A DNA stretch of 64,000 nucleotides from an uncultured delta proteobacterium (GCA_963769935.1 CAVYNY010000009.1:256001-320000); one strand, 5' to 3'. Positions 31,605 to 42,531 are shown, numbered from the stretch's first letter. The notes: generated by a model not told the origin, from the letters alone. Translations and numbers: made by a program.

Positions 31605-31812
31605 TCAGTTAACCCGTCGAGCCCGTTCTCCCGTTGAGCCAGTAAGCCTGTTGGTCCGTTAGCCAGTTAATCCGCTGGCCCGCGATAAACCGGATAGGCG
31701 ACTTATCGGCAAACAGGTTGACCGGTTAACCGGCCGACCGGTTCACGGGCTAACGGGCAAACCGGACAACCGGTTCACGGGCTAACCGGCAAACCGGTCA
31801 ACCGATCAACCG
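31605..31812. repeat. Degenerate octamer tandem arrays in inverted arrangement (CCGTTRRC / AACCGGNN)
   Basis: 8-bp periodicity; same family as 57960-58295. Confidence 0.8.
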
Positions 31813-31817
31813 TATAG

Positions 31818-32378
31818 TCAAACTTCCTCATATCGAAAGCATCCGACAATATGGTCATTTACCAGACCTGCAGCCTGCATGAATGCATAACAGATCGTGG
31901 GTCCGACAAATTTAAAGCCCCGCTTTTTAAGGTCGGTACTCATGGCGGCCGACTCTTTCGTCCAGGCCGGAATTGCAGCAATCGTTTGCCACCTGTTTTT
32001 CAAGGTTCCGCCTCCGACAAACTGCCAGATATATCTGTCAAAGCTGTCGAACTCCCGCTGAACGGACAGATATGATGCGGCATTCTGAATTGCGGCCTCA
32101 ATTTTAAGTTTGTTGCGGATGATGCCGGTATTTGCCAGGAGCGCCTTTATTTTGGAGGTGTTGTAGGCGGCAATTTTAAGCGGGTCAAAACCATCAAAAG
32201 CCTCGCGATAGTTTTCACGTTTCTTCAAGATTGTGAGCCAACTCAAGCCGGCCTGGAAACCGTCGAGGATTAAAAATTCAAACAGGCTGCGATCATCGTG
32301 CAGCGGTATGCCCCACTCGGTATCGTGGTATTTTATATAGAGCGGATCGGACCCCGCCCAGTCGCATCTGGTTTTCAC
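31818..32378 (-). CDS. tag: DNA-3-methyladenine glycosylase I
   Basis: RCDW, YHDTEWG, FQAGLSW, GFKFVGPTICYAFMQAAG, NDH...C. Confidence 0.95.
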   Translation of the reverse strand: MKTRCDWAGSDPLYIKYHDTEWGIPLHDDRSLFEFLILDGFQAGLSWLTILKKRENYREAFDGFDPLKIAAYNTSKIKALLANTGIIRNKLKIEAAIQNAASYLSVQREFDSFDRYIWQFVGGGTLKNRWQTIAAIPAWTKESAAMSTDLKKRGFKFVGPTICYAFMQAAGLVNDHIVGCFRYEEV

Positions 32379-32449
32379 AAAATTCCTCCTTTATTCACCT
32401 GCTTCTACGATCCGGCATCAATTGCCAATTACCTGCAGATACCAAGTGG

Positions 32450-32845
32450 GACAAGGCTTCAGGTGTCAGCACGTGAAACCTTATATGAAAATTCTTTTGT
32501 TCAAAGATGAACGTCGAACATCGAACATCGATGTTCATTCTCAGTTTCTTTTTAGATCAAACTGGCCGCCCCCGCTCCATAAACTCAGAGGCGCTGAGCG
32601 GCTTGGCTGACACCTGAAACCTCATATGAAACTTCCTTAAATTCGATGCCATTTTTACGAAGTGTCTCACCGCTGAGAGCGCAGAGAGCGCAGAGATTAA
32701 TTTAACTTTTCTTTCTCGGCGTTCTCCCACCGGTGCGTAGGCCCTATGGGCCGGAGGCTGCGGGCTCTGCGGTGAACTATTATGCTTCTTTTTCGATCAG
32801 ACCGGCCGTTGTTTTGGCCGGCGGCGGCGCTGACACCTGAAACCA
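32450..32845. repeat. Composite of nested short repeat elements (inverted relative at 48712-48965)
   Basis: TGACACCTGAAAC three times, GAACATC tandem, CACCGCWGAG...CTCTGCGGTG arms. Confidence 0.65.
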
Positions 32846-32869
32846 TTCTTGCTCCTGACCACCGCTCCC

Positions 32870-33346
32870 CTAGCTAAAGAGGTAAAACCCAAGGGCCTTG
32901 TCCACCGCTTCCGTGGGAGCCAGCTCCGTACCGATCTCAGATCGATATATGTTGCGAATAATCACTTTCTTTCTAATGAGCGATCGCTGGGCATCGTCAA
33001 GGTAGAATTCGACCTTGATAACGTCTCCGACTTCACAGCCGTGATTGCCGTTGATATGCAACTTCATGCCGGTCATGGACAAATCCCTGACGGTCATCAG
33101 GCCGCTGGTCGTCTCCCTGCCGTCAACAAGGCGGATAAATGATCCATGCAGATTTGTTTCCTTGCGGTATTTTTTTCGTTTTTCCAAAATTGAGGTATAA
33201 GCATATCCGCATGGGCATTTTACCTTGACCTTGACCATTTTATCTAGATTGGCATATTGCGCGACATTCACCGTCTTTGATTTCTCACACTTCGGACAGA
33301 CAAAAGTGGCCATTTGCTTACTAGTGATATAGACCTTTTCCAACAT
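32870..33346 (-). CDS. Zinc-ribbon + PilZ domain protein
   Basis: CPKC...CPC, RKKYR and DLSMTG PilZ motifs. Confidence 0.88.
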   Translation of the reverse strand: MLEKVYITSKQMATFVCPKCEKSKTVNVAQYANLDKMVKVKVKCPCGYAYTSILEKRKKYRKETNLHGSFIRLVDGRETTSGLMTVRDLSMTGMKLHINGNHGCEVGDVIKVEFYLDDAQRSLIRKKVIIRNIYRSEIGTELAPTEAVDKALGFYLFS

Positions 33347-33680
33347 GGCATATTCCCCGACAGCACACAGGCAAAATGTATTAACGATGTTTTAATTCAC
33401 CATTGTTTTTATCATGAAAAAGGATTTTTTGAAACAGAATTTTAACCGCCGGCCGATCGTCGCGCAAGACCCAGCCGGGGCAATGTTTTCCAGGGTTCCG
33501 AAGAAAACGAAATCTGCGACCCTGAAAAAGGTCTGGCATTAGCCACTTTTCAGGAATATCTTCTTGCAAAACTATGAAAAGCAAGCTTTTACTTGTTGAC
33601 TTTTTAAGTGATTTGCGTTAAATTGAATTCAACAAAGCTTATAGAAGCTTTATATTTAAACACTCAAGAAGGAGGCAGTA

Positions 33681-33953
33681 ATGACCAAAGTAGATTTAAT
33701 CGACAAAATGGCAAAAGATGCGAACGTCTCCAAAGTAGCGGCCGGCGCGGTTCTGGACTCATTCATGGCCAATGTCACCAAAGCCCTGAAAAAGAAAGAC
33801 GGCAAGGTAACCCTGGTGGGGTTCGGCACTTTTTTGAAAGCCCGCCAAAAGGCTCGTAAAGGCCGTAATCCCCAAACAGGCGAGCCTCTCAAAATCAAGG
33901 CCCGCAATGTAGTCAAATTCAAAGCCGGCAAAAAACTCAAAGAATCCGTCTAA
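33681..33953 (+). CDS. hup: HU DNA-binding protein
   Basis: VTLVGFGTF, RKGRNPQTG. Confidence 0.95.
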   Translation: MTKVDLIDKMAKDANVSKVAAGAVLDSFMANVTKALKKKDGKVTLVGFGTFLKARQKARKGRNPQTGEPLKIKARNVVKFKAGKKLKESV

Positions 33954-33960
33954 CCCGATC

Positions 33961-34122
33961 TGAGGGCTCACTCAAAAATAACTTCACATTTTATACGCCA
34001 CGGCATCCCGCCTGGCTGCGTTGCGAAAGCTCTGAATATCCAGATATTCATGCATTTTCGCGCCTTGCCAGCCGGGCGCCGCAACGCCTAAAATTGTGAA
34101 CTAATTTTTTCGTGCACCCTTA
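33961..34122. mobile_element. MITE of about 160 bp; partial inverted copy at 48989-49060
   Basis: About 30-bp imperfect TIRs AGGGCTCACTCAAAAATAACTTCACATTTTA / TAAAATTGTGAACTAATTTTTTCGTGCACCCT; TNA flanks. Confidence 0.75.
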
Positions 34123-34127
34123 GCACC

Positions 34128-34174
34128 AAAAAGGGCAGTTCTTCAGCTTTCAACAGGCTGAAAACTGCCTTTTT
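34128..34174 (+). terminator. Terminator after hup
   Basis: AGGGCAGTT.TTCAGC...GCTGAAAACTGCCT followed by a T-run. Confidence 0.7.
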
Positions 34175-34268
34175 TATTTTTTAAAACCGCACTTGATTTT
34201 CTGTGCTTGACCATTAGATTGTACATATTGAGTGCAAACAAATTATCAGGGCAAAGGAGGCTCATCTG

Positions 34269-34583
34269 ATGAGCGGCGACATTCCGGATCGAGAGAGGGA
34301 AATAGAATCAGAAATCGAAGAAGAGATCACCGAACCCTCCATGTATAAGGTGTTACTGCACAATGATGACTATACGACTAAAATATTTGTAGTGGAAATA
34401 TTGATGGCGGTTTTCAACAAGTCACAGGATGATGCTACCCGGCTTATGTGGCAGGTGCACAAAAACGGCGTGGGAGTCTGCGGAATTTATCCCCTGGAAG
34501 TGGCTGAGACCAAAATCCTCCAGGTGACTGAACTGGCCCGGGAAAATGGATTCCCATTAAAATTATCATTGGAAGAAGAGTGA
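34269..34583 (+). CDS. clpS: Clp protease adaptor ClpS
   Basis: YKVLLHNDDYT, VHKNGVGVCG, GFPL. Confidence 0.95.
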   Translation: MSGDIPDREREIESEIEEEITEPSMYKVLLHNDDYTTKIFVVEILMAVFNKSQDDATRLMWQVHKNGVGVCGIYPLEVAETKILQVTELARENGFPLKLSLEEE

Positions 34584-34585
34584 CC

Positions 34586-34870
34586 ATGCTGGAGTTGATG
34601 GATAACGACATACTAACGAAGGTCTCCAGATACAATTTGATTCGCAGCCAGAGGTTGATTTATATTGACGTACATGAAAGCCTGGCCGGGAATCTGGCGG
34701 GAAAATTTGTTGCGGTTCCGAATCTGATCAATATCGTTGCCCGCCAGGTGTTTCAGGGTACCGGAAAAACCGAGACGGAAGCGTTGGAGAATTGCCTGTC
34801 CAAAATAAAGAACCACGGCATCAGCGAATTGTTCCCCACCACCGGTCCGAAAGAACCGGGGACGACCTAG
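34586..34870 (+). CDS. Hypothetical protein downstream of clpS
   Basis: Clean ORF immediately after the clpS stop. Confidence 0.7.
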   Translation: MLELMDNDILTKVSRYNLIRSQRLIYIDVHESLAGNLAGKFVAVPNLINIVARQVFQGTGKTETEALENCLSKIKNHGISELFPTTGPKEPGTT

Positions 34871-35301
34871 CTACTTCACTATTTTGATGATCTTGGGTCG
34901 GTATTCTTTTTTTTTGCCAGCTGATTGCCCCTGATTTTAACGATCAGCAAGGCGGCGCCAAAAAACGAAAACCCTGTAACGGCTGAAAATCCGGAGGAGT
35001 TGAAATTGAAATAGGAAGCCGTCTCCTGCCCGATAAAAGCACCTAAAATCAGCACCAATATGGGAAACATATAAAGCAAAAAGGTTGCCTTTAACAGAGA
35101 TCCGGTTTCAAAGCTCAGAACTATCCGGTCGCCCGCTTTGGCGCCGACGTCATTGATAACCTCCACCTCCATTTCCTCGCTGGCGCCTGAAGAATGACAG
35201 GACTCCCTGGCTGAACAACCCGCGCAGCCACCGCTTTTGACGGTTTTCACCCATGCCGCTCCTGCATCGGTTTTAATGACAACGCCCTGTTCGGTAGCCA
35301 T
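34871..35301 (-). CDS. rseC: RseC/MucC family membrane protein; homopolymer frameshift near 34910
   Basis: CAGCSARESC, A..GD.I, LLYMFP, two TMs; shifted frame gives the typical YRPKIIKIV end. Confidence 0.85.
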
Positions 35302-35406
35302 TTCAGTGGTCCTTTGTGAATGAATATTGAAAATTGAAGATTGAATATTTGTGGTATGCTGTCTGTCTTATGTCGGGCTTGTTCTTTATAGAAGCAAAAG
35401 CAAATA

Positions 35407-35553
35407 GAATGACGAACGTCGGATGTCGAATTAAAGGATACTATCTATTTTAAAAATGTATGAACCAAGATAAGTGGCGAAGCGACACGCCGCGCTGCGC
35501 GAGCGACTTCCTTTATTCGTCATTCTTCATTCGTCAATTGTCCTTCGTCATTC
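35407..35553. repeat. Palindromic element with GAATGAC-type heptamer arms
   Basis: GAATGACGAACGTCGGATGTCGAAT ... ATTCGTCATTCTTCATTCGTCAATTGTCCTTCGTCATTC. Confidence 0.8.
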
Positions 35554-37632
35554 TAATGTTTCGCCGACGGCTTCCTCTTCAGCCTGCTGCGGCGGCGCTG
35601 GATGGGCATAGCATATTAATCCGCATTGCAAGCATCTTGAAGCTTCGGCTCGGGCCATTTCGCTGCTGAAGCCCCTCTCGATTTCACCGCAGGCTGCAAG
35701 CTGCCGTCCGCTGCAAATCGGCATGATCCGGCGCTGACTGGCCGCAACCGCTTCGACGTGGTCGACATCCTGCAATACGGAATGCGGTGTGATGACATGT
35801 TCGGTCAGGGACGGTCCAATTCCGTACATGATCTGCTGCACCGAGGCGGCTGCTCTTCTTCCGGCCCCGATGGCCTTGATGGCGGCACTGTAATCGGCCA
35901 GAACCTCTCCATCTGAAAACAGACCGACTTCGTCCTTGAATGCCGGCGGCTTATAGGGCGGGACGGCCTCCCATTTCAGCGGTTGATCGGAAGGCCGGTC
36001 GGTTTCACCTTCCGTTGATTTTTGCTCGACAAAGATCAGCTCCGGAAAACGCCCCGTCGCCATGATCAGGGTTTGGGCTGCAAGGGTGCCGGTTGCCCGC
36101 GATTTGGTTTCAACATACTCCAGTTGCGCCAGGCGATCTCCAATCCCGCGCAGACGATGAATCGCGGCATTATAAATGACATGCAGCCCTTCTTCAAGGC
36201 CCGCGTCTTTAACATCGGCATCGGTGATCGGGCTATTTTCCAGATCCTCGCGGAACATGAGGGTAACCTCTTGCGCACCTGCCGCCCTGCAAATGCCGGC
36301 CGCCTTCAGCGCCAGCTTGCCGCCGCCGAAAATAACCACATTCGACTGGCCGGCAAATATATCGGTACCGGCCGCCAATTTTAAAAGATCGACCATCAGA
36401 TAGGTACCGGGCACCGGCGATTCAATTTCGCTCGCCGCTCCACGCGCCATTCTGCCGTCCCAGCCGCCGGCTGCCAGAAAAACTGCTTCAAAATCCTGTT
36501 GGAGCAGCTTGTCGACGGTAAAATCCTTTCCCATGACCCGGCCGGTCTCCGCTTTGACTCCCATTTCAAGGATGCCTTCGATATCCCAGTCCAGAATCTC
36601 CCGGGGAAGCCTTTCAGCCGCAATGGCACTGCGCAATAGCCCGCCAAGTTGCGGACCCGCTTCATATACGGTAACTGCATGGCCCAGGCGGGCCGCAAAA
36701 AAGGCCGTGGACAGGCCCTCCACCCCGCCCCCGACCACCGCGATGCGGCGGCCCGAGGCCGGGGCTGCGTACGGCTGAATGCGTTCACCGCTTTCTCTTT
36801 CATAGTCGGCGGCATAGCGCTTGAGATAATTAATCGCCACGGGCTCATCGATGAAATTGCGCCGGCATTCCAGTTCGCAGGGACGGGGACAAATCCTGCC
36901 GATAATCGCCGGAAAAGGATTGCGCTCTTTAATGACCTGAACCGCACGATGATAATTCCCGAGAGAAATTTGCCGGATGTATTCGCGAATGTTGATGCCG
37001 GCCGGACAGCCCCGCTGACAGGGCGTGGTGCATTCCTCGGTCGTATACTCGCGCATGATGCGGCGGGTTACGGAAGACAGATTAATGATGTGTTTGGGGC
37101 AAACCCTTTCACAGGTACCGCAGCCGGTACATTTATCTTCAATCACCACCGGCAGTCCTTCGGGCCCCATGACAATCGCTTTAAAAGGGCAGGCTTTGGC
37201 GCAGGTTCCCAGCCCCAGGCAGCCGATGGTGCAAACTTTCATGCCGCCGCCCAGCAGGGCGACGGCCCGGCAATCATCCAGGCCGTCATAGACATATTTC
37301 GTATCGGCAGCCTGAACCCCGAAATAGCAGCCGGGTCGGGCAATATCCGGCTCTTTGGCCTCGATTTTAACTCCCATAATTTCGGCGATGGCTCCGACCA
37401 CTTCGGCACCGGCCGCGACACACGAATTGGGCGCTGAAATTCCGGACACGATCGCTTCGGCATTGGCGCTGCAACCCGGCAGCCCGCAGCCGCCTCAATT
37501 CGCGCCCGGCAGCGCGCCTTCGACGGCCTCTACCTTGGGATCAACATATACGTAAAAAAGTTTCGATGCCAGAGCGAGAACGGCACTGATGATCAGTCCC
37601 ATGCCTCCCATCAAAATAAGCGCTGTGGTCAT
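35548..37632 (-). CDS. rnfB: RnfB::GltD/NfnB-like fusion, membrane-anchored, probable selenoprotein (U46), 694 aa
   Basis: N-terminal TM, FYVYVDPKV, LPGAN-U-GGCGLPGC (TGA 37495-37497), ferredoxin motifs, PCQRGCP...GRICPRPCELECRR, degenerate Rossmann motifs. Confidence 0.85.
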
Positions 37633-38038
37633 TTCATACTCCCGAATCGGATATAATTGGTGTCATGTCCTTTATATAATTTACAAAACATGGGTTGAAT
37701 TGACAATGCTTTCTTCTCCATGATTTCGTATAAATTCCAAATATCAAATCACAAATTACAAATAAATATCAAATCACAAAACTCAAATTCAAAACACTTC
37801 TTAGTTTTCAGCGAATCAAGTCCATTCGACTGACTCTGATAAGCTTCATTCTGCCTGAGTTCAAACCGAAGGAACCACTTGGCTGCGAGTCAAAACCTGT
37901 TTGGGTCATTGGAGCTTGGATATTGTTTGTTATTTGTTTTTTGGTGCTTGGAATTTTTTATACTCAAAGAATCAACTATAGTATAGCTATCCAGTTTCAC
38001 TTTTTTAACATATTTGTGGGAGGCAACACTCTCTTTGT

Positions 38039-38110
38039 CCACCATCCAGCATCCACCATCCAGCATCCACCATCCAGCATCCAGTATCCAGTATCCAGTA
38101 TCCAGCATCC
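38039..38110. repeat. Heptamer tandem repeat ATCCA(G/C)(C/T), about 10 copies
   Basis: Visible directly, just after the hydB stop. Confidence 0.9.
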
Positions 38111-38112
38111 CG

Positions 38113-39900
38113 TCAGAAAATCGCATCAAACTTGCACTTCTCAAAACAGGTCATGCATTGGATGCATTTTTCTTTATCGATCCAGGCAACCTCTTTCTTT
38201 TTCCAGACAATGGCATCGGCCGGGCAGCTCCGGAAACAAAGCCCGCATTTGGTGCACATGTCCGGATTGACTTCAAATTTCAAGAGCGCCGTGCAGCGCT
38301 TGGCCGGACATCGTTTTTCATAGATATGGGCCTCATATTCGTGCCGGAAGTAGCGCAGGGTGGAAAGCACCGGGTTGGGTCCGGTCTGGCCCAGGCCGCA
38401 CAAGGCGGTTTCCTTGATGGCGGCCGAGAGCTCCTCCATGGTTGTCAGATCATCCGGTTCCCCCCGGCCTTCGCAGATTTTTTCCAGCAGCTGCAAAAGC
38501 CGTCGGGTGCCCTCACGGCAGGGAGTACACTTGCCGCAGGACTCATCCTGCACAAAGTCCATGAAAAATCGGGCCATGTCCACCATGCAGGTGTTCTCAT
38601 CCATAACAATGGCCCCGCCGGAGCCCATGATGGCCCCCACTTTGGCAATGGCTTCGTAATCAACCGGTGTATCCAGGTGCTGCTCCGGAACGCAGCCCCC
38701 GGAAGGACCACCGAGCTGGACCGCCTTGAATTTTTTCTTGCCGGGAATACCGCCCCCGATATCATAGACAATGGTTCTGAGGCTTGTTCCCATCGGCACT
38801 TCTACCAGACCGATATTATTAATATCGCCGGACAGAGCGAAGACCTTGGTTCCTTTGCTGCTTTCGGTGCCGACGCTGGCATACCACGCCCCTCCTTTTA
38901 AAATAATCTGGCCGATATTGGCCAGGGTCTCCACATTGTTTAAGACGGTCGGCTTCTCCCACAGTCCCTGATGGGCCGGAAACGGCGGACGGGGCCGCGG
39001 CATCCCGCGCTTGCCCTCGATTGACCGCATCAAAGCCGTTTCTTCGCCGCAAACAAAGGCACCGGCTCCCTGATAGATATTAATATCAAAATCGAAGCCG
39101 GTTCCCAGAATATCTTTGCCCAGCAGTCCGTAGTCCCTGGCCTGTTTGATGGCGATTCCCAGCCGGCGGATAGCCAGGGGATATTCCGTCCGGGCATATA
39201 TGACGCCCTGATGGGCATCAATAGCTCTGGCGGCAATAATCATCCCTTCCAGAACCGCATGCGGATCGGCTTCAAGGACGCTGCGATCCATAAAGGCACC
39301 GGGATCACCTTCATCCGCATTGCACAGCACATATTTGATATCTCCCGGACTCCGGCGGGCAAACTCCCACTTTAATCCGGTTGGGAAGCCGGCACCGCCG
39401 CGCCCTCTGAGCCCCGAAGTTTTTACCTCTTCGATGATCTGCTCGGGAGTCAACTCCTGCAACGCTTTGGCGGCTCCGAAGTAGCCGTCCCTGGCAATGT
39501 ATTCCTCAATCACCTCCGGATCGATGAGTCCTTTGTTCCGCATTACCCTGAACATCTGGTTGGCAAAAAAAGGAATTTGCGCCATATTCGGGATGGTTTC
39601 TTTGGAAGTGGGCTCCTTGTAAAACAACTCTTTAACCGGGCGGCCTTTTAGGAAATGCTCTTCTACCAGATGGGGAACATCTTCCGCTTTCAGCTTCTGA
39701 TAAAAAATGCCTTCGGGCTGAACCAGCATGACCGGCCCGACGGCACAAAAGCCGTTGCAGCCGGTTTCAATGATCTTGATCTCCTCGGCCAGCCCTTGCC
39801 GCTCGAGCTCCTGTTGAAGTGTTTCCGCAAATTTTTTTGTCCCACTGGCATGACAACCCGTACCGCCGCAGAGCATCAAATGGGTTCTAACCTTATTCAT
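38113..39900 (-). CDS. NuoF/HydB-type NADH-binding FMN subunit
   Basis: N-terminal [2Fe-2S] Cys, GRGGAGFPTG, ADEGDPGAFMD, GGPSGG, SCGKCTPCREG, two C-terminal [4Fe-4S] motifs. Confidence 0.93.
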   Translation of the reverse strand: MNKVRTHLMLCGGTGCHASGTKKFAETLQQELERQGLAEEIKIIETGCNGFCAVGPVMLVQPEGIFYQKLKAEDVPHLVEEHFLKGRPVKELFYKEPTSKETIPNMAQIPFFANQMFRVMRNKGLIDPEVIEEYIARDGYFGAAKALQELTPEQIIEEVKTSGLRGRGGAGFPTGLKWEFARRSPGDIKYVLCNADEGDPGAFMDRSVLEADPHAVLEGMIIAARAIDAHQGVIYARTEYPLAIRRLGIAIKQARDYGLLGKDILGTGFDFDINIYQGAGAFVCGEETALMRSIEGKRGMPRPRPPFPAHQGLWEKPTVLNNVETLANIGQIILKGGAWYASVGTESSKGTKVFALSGDINNIGLVEVPMGTSLRTIVYDIGGGIPGKKKFKAVQLGGPSGGCVPEQHLDTPVDYEAIAKVGAIMGSGGAIVMDENTCMVDMARFFMDFVQDESCGKCTPCREGTRRLLQLLEKICEGRGEPDDLTTMEELSAAIKETALCGLGQTGPNPVLSTLRYFRHEYEAHIYEKRCPAKRCTALLKFEVNPDMCTKCGLCFRSCPADAIVWKKKEVAWIDKEKCIQCMTCFEKCKFDAIF

Positions 39901-39958
39901 TCTTTTCTCCTGCAATTCAATTACCAGGAACCATCACGTCCTCTGAGACCGTTTACTT

Positions 39959-40453
39959 CTATTTGTACTTTTCAAGGGTCTCTACAACCTTGTCGGCCTT
40001 AACACCGCCATAGGTGTCCTGATCCACCACCATCACAGGCGCAAGGCCGCAAGCTCCCAGACACCTGACCGCTTCCAGCGAAAACCGCCGATCCTCGGAG
40101 ACGCCGCCCCCTTTCAGGTCGAACTTGTTTTCGATACGGCCGATAACCTCCTTGATGCCCTTGACGTAACACGCCGTTCCCATGCACACCTTAATTATAT
40201 GGCGGCCTTTGGGCTCAAATGAGAAAAGGGCGTAAAACGAGGCGACACCGTAAACTTCGCTGCTGGAAAGATTGAGTCCGTAGCTGATATAATCAATCAG
40301 CTCGACAGGCAGATATCCAACGACATCCTGACATTCCCGCAAAACGCCGATGACCGATCCGGGGATATCCCGGTTAGCGGCGATAATCTCATCGATTTTA
40401 GTCCACATATCATTTTGGATATCAGGATGCTGGGGATGAATGTCATAAGTCAT
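39959..40453 (-). CDS. NuoE/HydC-type [2Fe-2S] subunit
   Basis: CMGTACYVKG, CLGACGLAP. Confidence 0.93.
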   Translation of the reverse strand: MTYDIHPQHPDIQNDMWTKIDEIIAANRDIPGSVIGVLRECQDVVGYLPVELIDYISYGLNLSSSEVYGVASFYALFSFEPKGRHIIKVCMGTACYVKGIKEVIGRIENKFDLKGGGVSEDRRFSLEAVRCLGACGLAPVMVVDQDTYGGVKADKVVETLEKYK

Positions 40454-40552
40454 GCATAACCTCCGGTTGATGAGTGATGACCTGGTCGGGGGATAAAAAA
40501 ATTAAACGTCGCAATATCACATAAGCGCATATAAATGTCAACGGACCCTCTG

Positions 40553-40681
40553 GAATGACGAACGACGATTGACGAATGCAGAACGGTGGAAATCGCTTCG
40601 CTCAGTCATCTAAATTTATGGAGCACTTTAAAATGGTCAGAATGCCTTAATTCGTCATTTTACATTTGTCATTCGTCATTC
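40553..40681. repeat. Palindromic element with GAATGAC-type arms
   Basis: GAATGACGAACGACGATTGACGAAT ... ATTCGTCATTTTACATTTGTCATTCGTCATTC. Confidence 0.8.
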
Positions 40682-40705
40682 CAAAGGTTCGTCATCCGTA
40701 CTTCC

Positions 40706-41281
40706 TCAGTCTCCTTCAAATTCGATTATTGAAAAGACTTTTCGGTTGCCGAGTTTCTCTCTGCCTTTAAGATCGGGCAGTTCAACGACAAATGCGCATT
40801 CAACAATTTCGCCGCCAAGTTTTTCGACCAAATTTGCAGCTGCCGTGATGGTGCCCCCGGTTGCCATCAAATCATCCACGATAACCACGCGTTCGCCCTT
40901 TTCGATGGCATCCTCATGAATCTCGATCGTTTCTTCCCCGTATTCCAAGGTATAGGATTCGCGGATGGTCTTATAGGGCAGTTTGCCGTTCTTGCGGACC
41001 GGCACGAATCCTACGTCCAGCTTGTATGCCAACACGGACCCGAATAGAAATCCCCGGGCATCGATGCCCACGATTTTAGCAATATTCTGTTTGGCATAGC
41101 GGTTGTAAAAAATGTCACATATTTCCCTGTGCGCCAGGGGATCCTGCAATAAAGTTGTAATATCTCTGAAGATGACACCTTTGATAGGCCAATCCGGGAT
41201 GGACCTGACTTTGCTTTTAATGTAGTCACAGGCCTTCTGATAATCATAGTTCACAGCCGAGGAGGAAGTCGGGGATTTCAT
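40706..41281 (-). CDS. apt: Adenine phosphoribosyltransferase
   Basis: GVIFRDIT, DARGF, LEYG, VVIVDDLMATGGT. Confidence 0.95.
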   Translation of the reverse strand: MKSPTSSSAVNYDYQKACDYIKSKVRSIPDWPIKGVIFRDITTLLQDPLAHREICDIFYNRYAKQNIAKIVGIDARGFLFGSVLAYKLDVGFVPVRKNGKLPYKTIRESYTLEYGEETIEIHEDAIEKGERVVIVDDLMATGGTITAAANLVEKLGGEIVECAFVVELPDLKGREKLGNRKVFSIIEFEGD

Positions 41282-42033
41282 TTTGCACCTTCTTGTTGGG
41301 AAAGTCGATGAATGGTTTCCAATAGTATTTTTTTAACATTATCAACATTATTATTAAAAATTGCCAAAATATCCTGCCAGACGGGCATTTGCTCGTCTTC
41401 TTTCCAGCAGTCGTAATCCGTCGACATGGCGATAACCGCATAGGGAATACCGGCCTCTTTTGCCAGCGCAGCTTCTGTTGCGACGGTCATATTGATGATA
41501 TCCGCTCCCCACAGGATAAACATCTTTGATTCCGCTCTGGTTGAGAATCGGGGACCTTCAATGGTTACCAGCGTTTTATTTTTGTGAACCCTGAATCCCA
41601 TTGCGGAGGCAACGGAATAGAGCAGATCGCTTAAGTTTTTATCAAAGGGGTCCGCCATAACCTCATGAAACATACCCTGACTGAAATCATCGTGGAAGGT
41701 ATTGATTCTGCGTTTGGTAAAGTCTATAAACTGGTCGGGTATAATAAAGTCGCCTCTTTGAATTTCGGACTTTAAACTGCCGCAGGCATTGGTCGCAATA
41801 ATATGGGTGGCGCCTGAATCCTTCAAGGCCTGAATATTGGCGCGATAATTTACATGGGTCGGGCTAAACTGATGACGATTGCCGTGGCGGGCCACAAAAA
41901 CAAGCTCAATATCATTTAGCTTGCCGGAATTAACCGATATTTCGCCGTAGGCCGTCGCCCGATTTTGACTTTGCAGATCTTTTATAATATCAGGATCATC
42001 TAATCCGGAACCACCGATAACTCCGATCTTCAT
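41278..42033 (-). CDS. mtnP: Methylthioadenosine phosphorylase
   Basis: IGVIGGSG, ARHG, NYRANI, EGPRFSTRAES, TDYDCW. Confidence 0.93.
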   Translation of the reverse strand: MKIGVIGGSGLDDPDIIKDLQSQNRATAYGEISVNSGKLNDIELVFVARHGNRHQFSPTHVNYRANIQALKDSGATHIIATNACGSLKSEIQRGDFIIPDQFIDFTKRRINTFHDDFSQGMFHEVMADPFDKNLSDLLYSVASAMGFRVHKNKTLVTIEGPRFSTRAESKMFILWGADIINMTVATEAALAKEAGIPYAVIAMSTDYDCWKEDEQMPVWQDILAIFNNNVDNVKKILLETIHRLSQQEGAK

Positions 42034-42531
42034 TAAAGACTCCTTTCCGCGACTCACACAATGTGGTTATCATCCTGAATTTTGCTCAGCAAAATAAAAT
42101 AGCAAAAAAAGCGCTTAAGGTAAAGGATTTTAACTCAAATAATTAAGCCGCCGGGGCTTCGATCAAATAAGCTTCATCAGTTTTCAAAAACCCTATCCAC
42201 CTCTGAATGGCCCATATATCAAGGCGGCTTAATTAACAGGATGCTGATAGCGGCCATCTGCTCCTTGACACCCATCTCTGCCCTAATCTATACTTTGGGC
42301 AACTTAAATTCCCGTGAGCACCCGACCTTCGGATCACTGCGACAAAATTGTTGGGGACCCTGACAACAGTTTAATGACCTTGTGGGAGCGGTTTTTAACC
42401 GCGATCAACCCGCTCAAGTCAACATCTGTAATCGTGGTTAAATACCGCTCCGGCCAACTATTAACTCCAGTCTGAAAATGACATGAATTTAATAAAATTT
42501 CATGTGCGCGCAATTGTAAATAAAAAAGGAA

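Noticed and set aside
38113..40453. Respiratory complex I (nuo) operon
   Set aside because: No other nuo genes; extra Fe-S domains and neighbours indicate a soluble HydBC-type module
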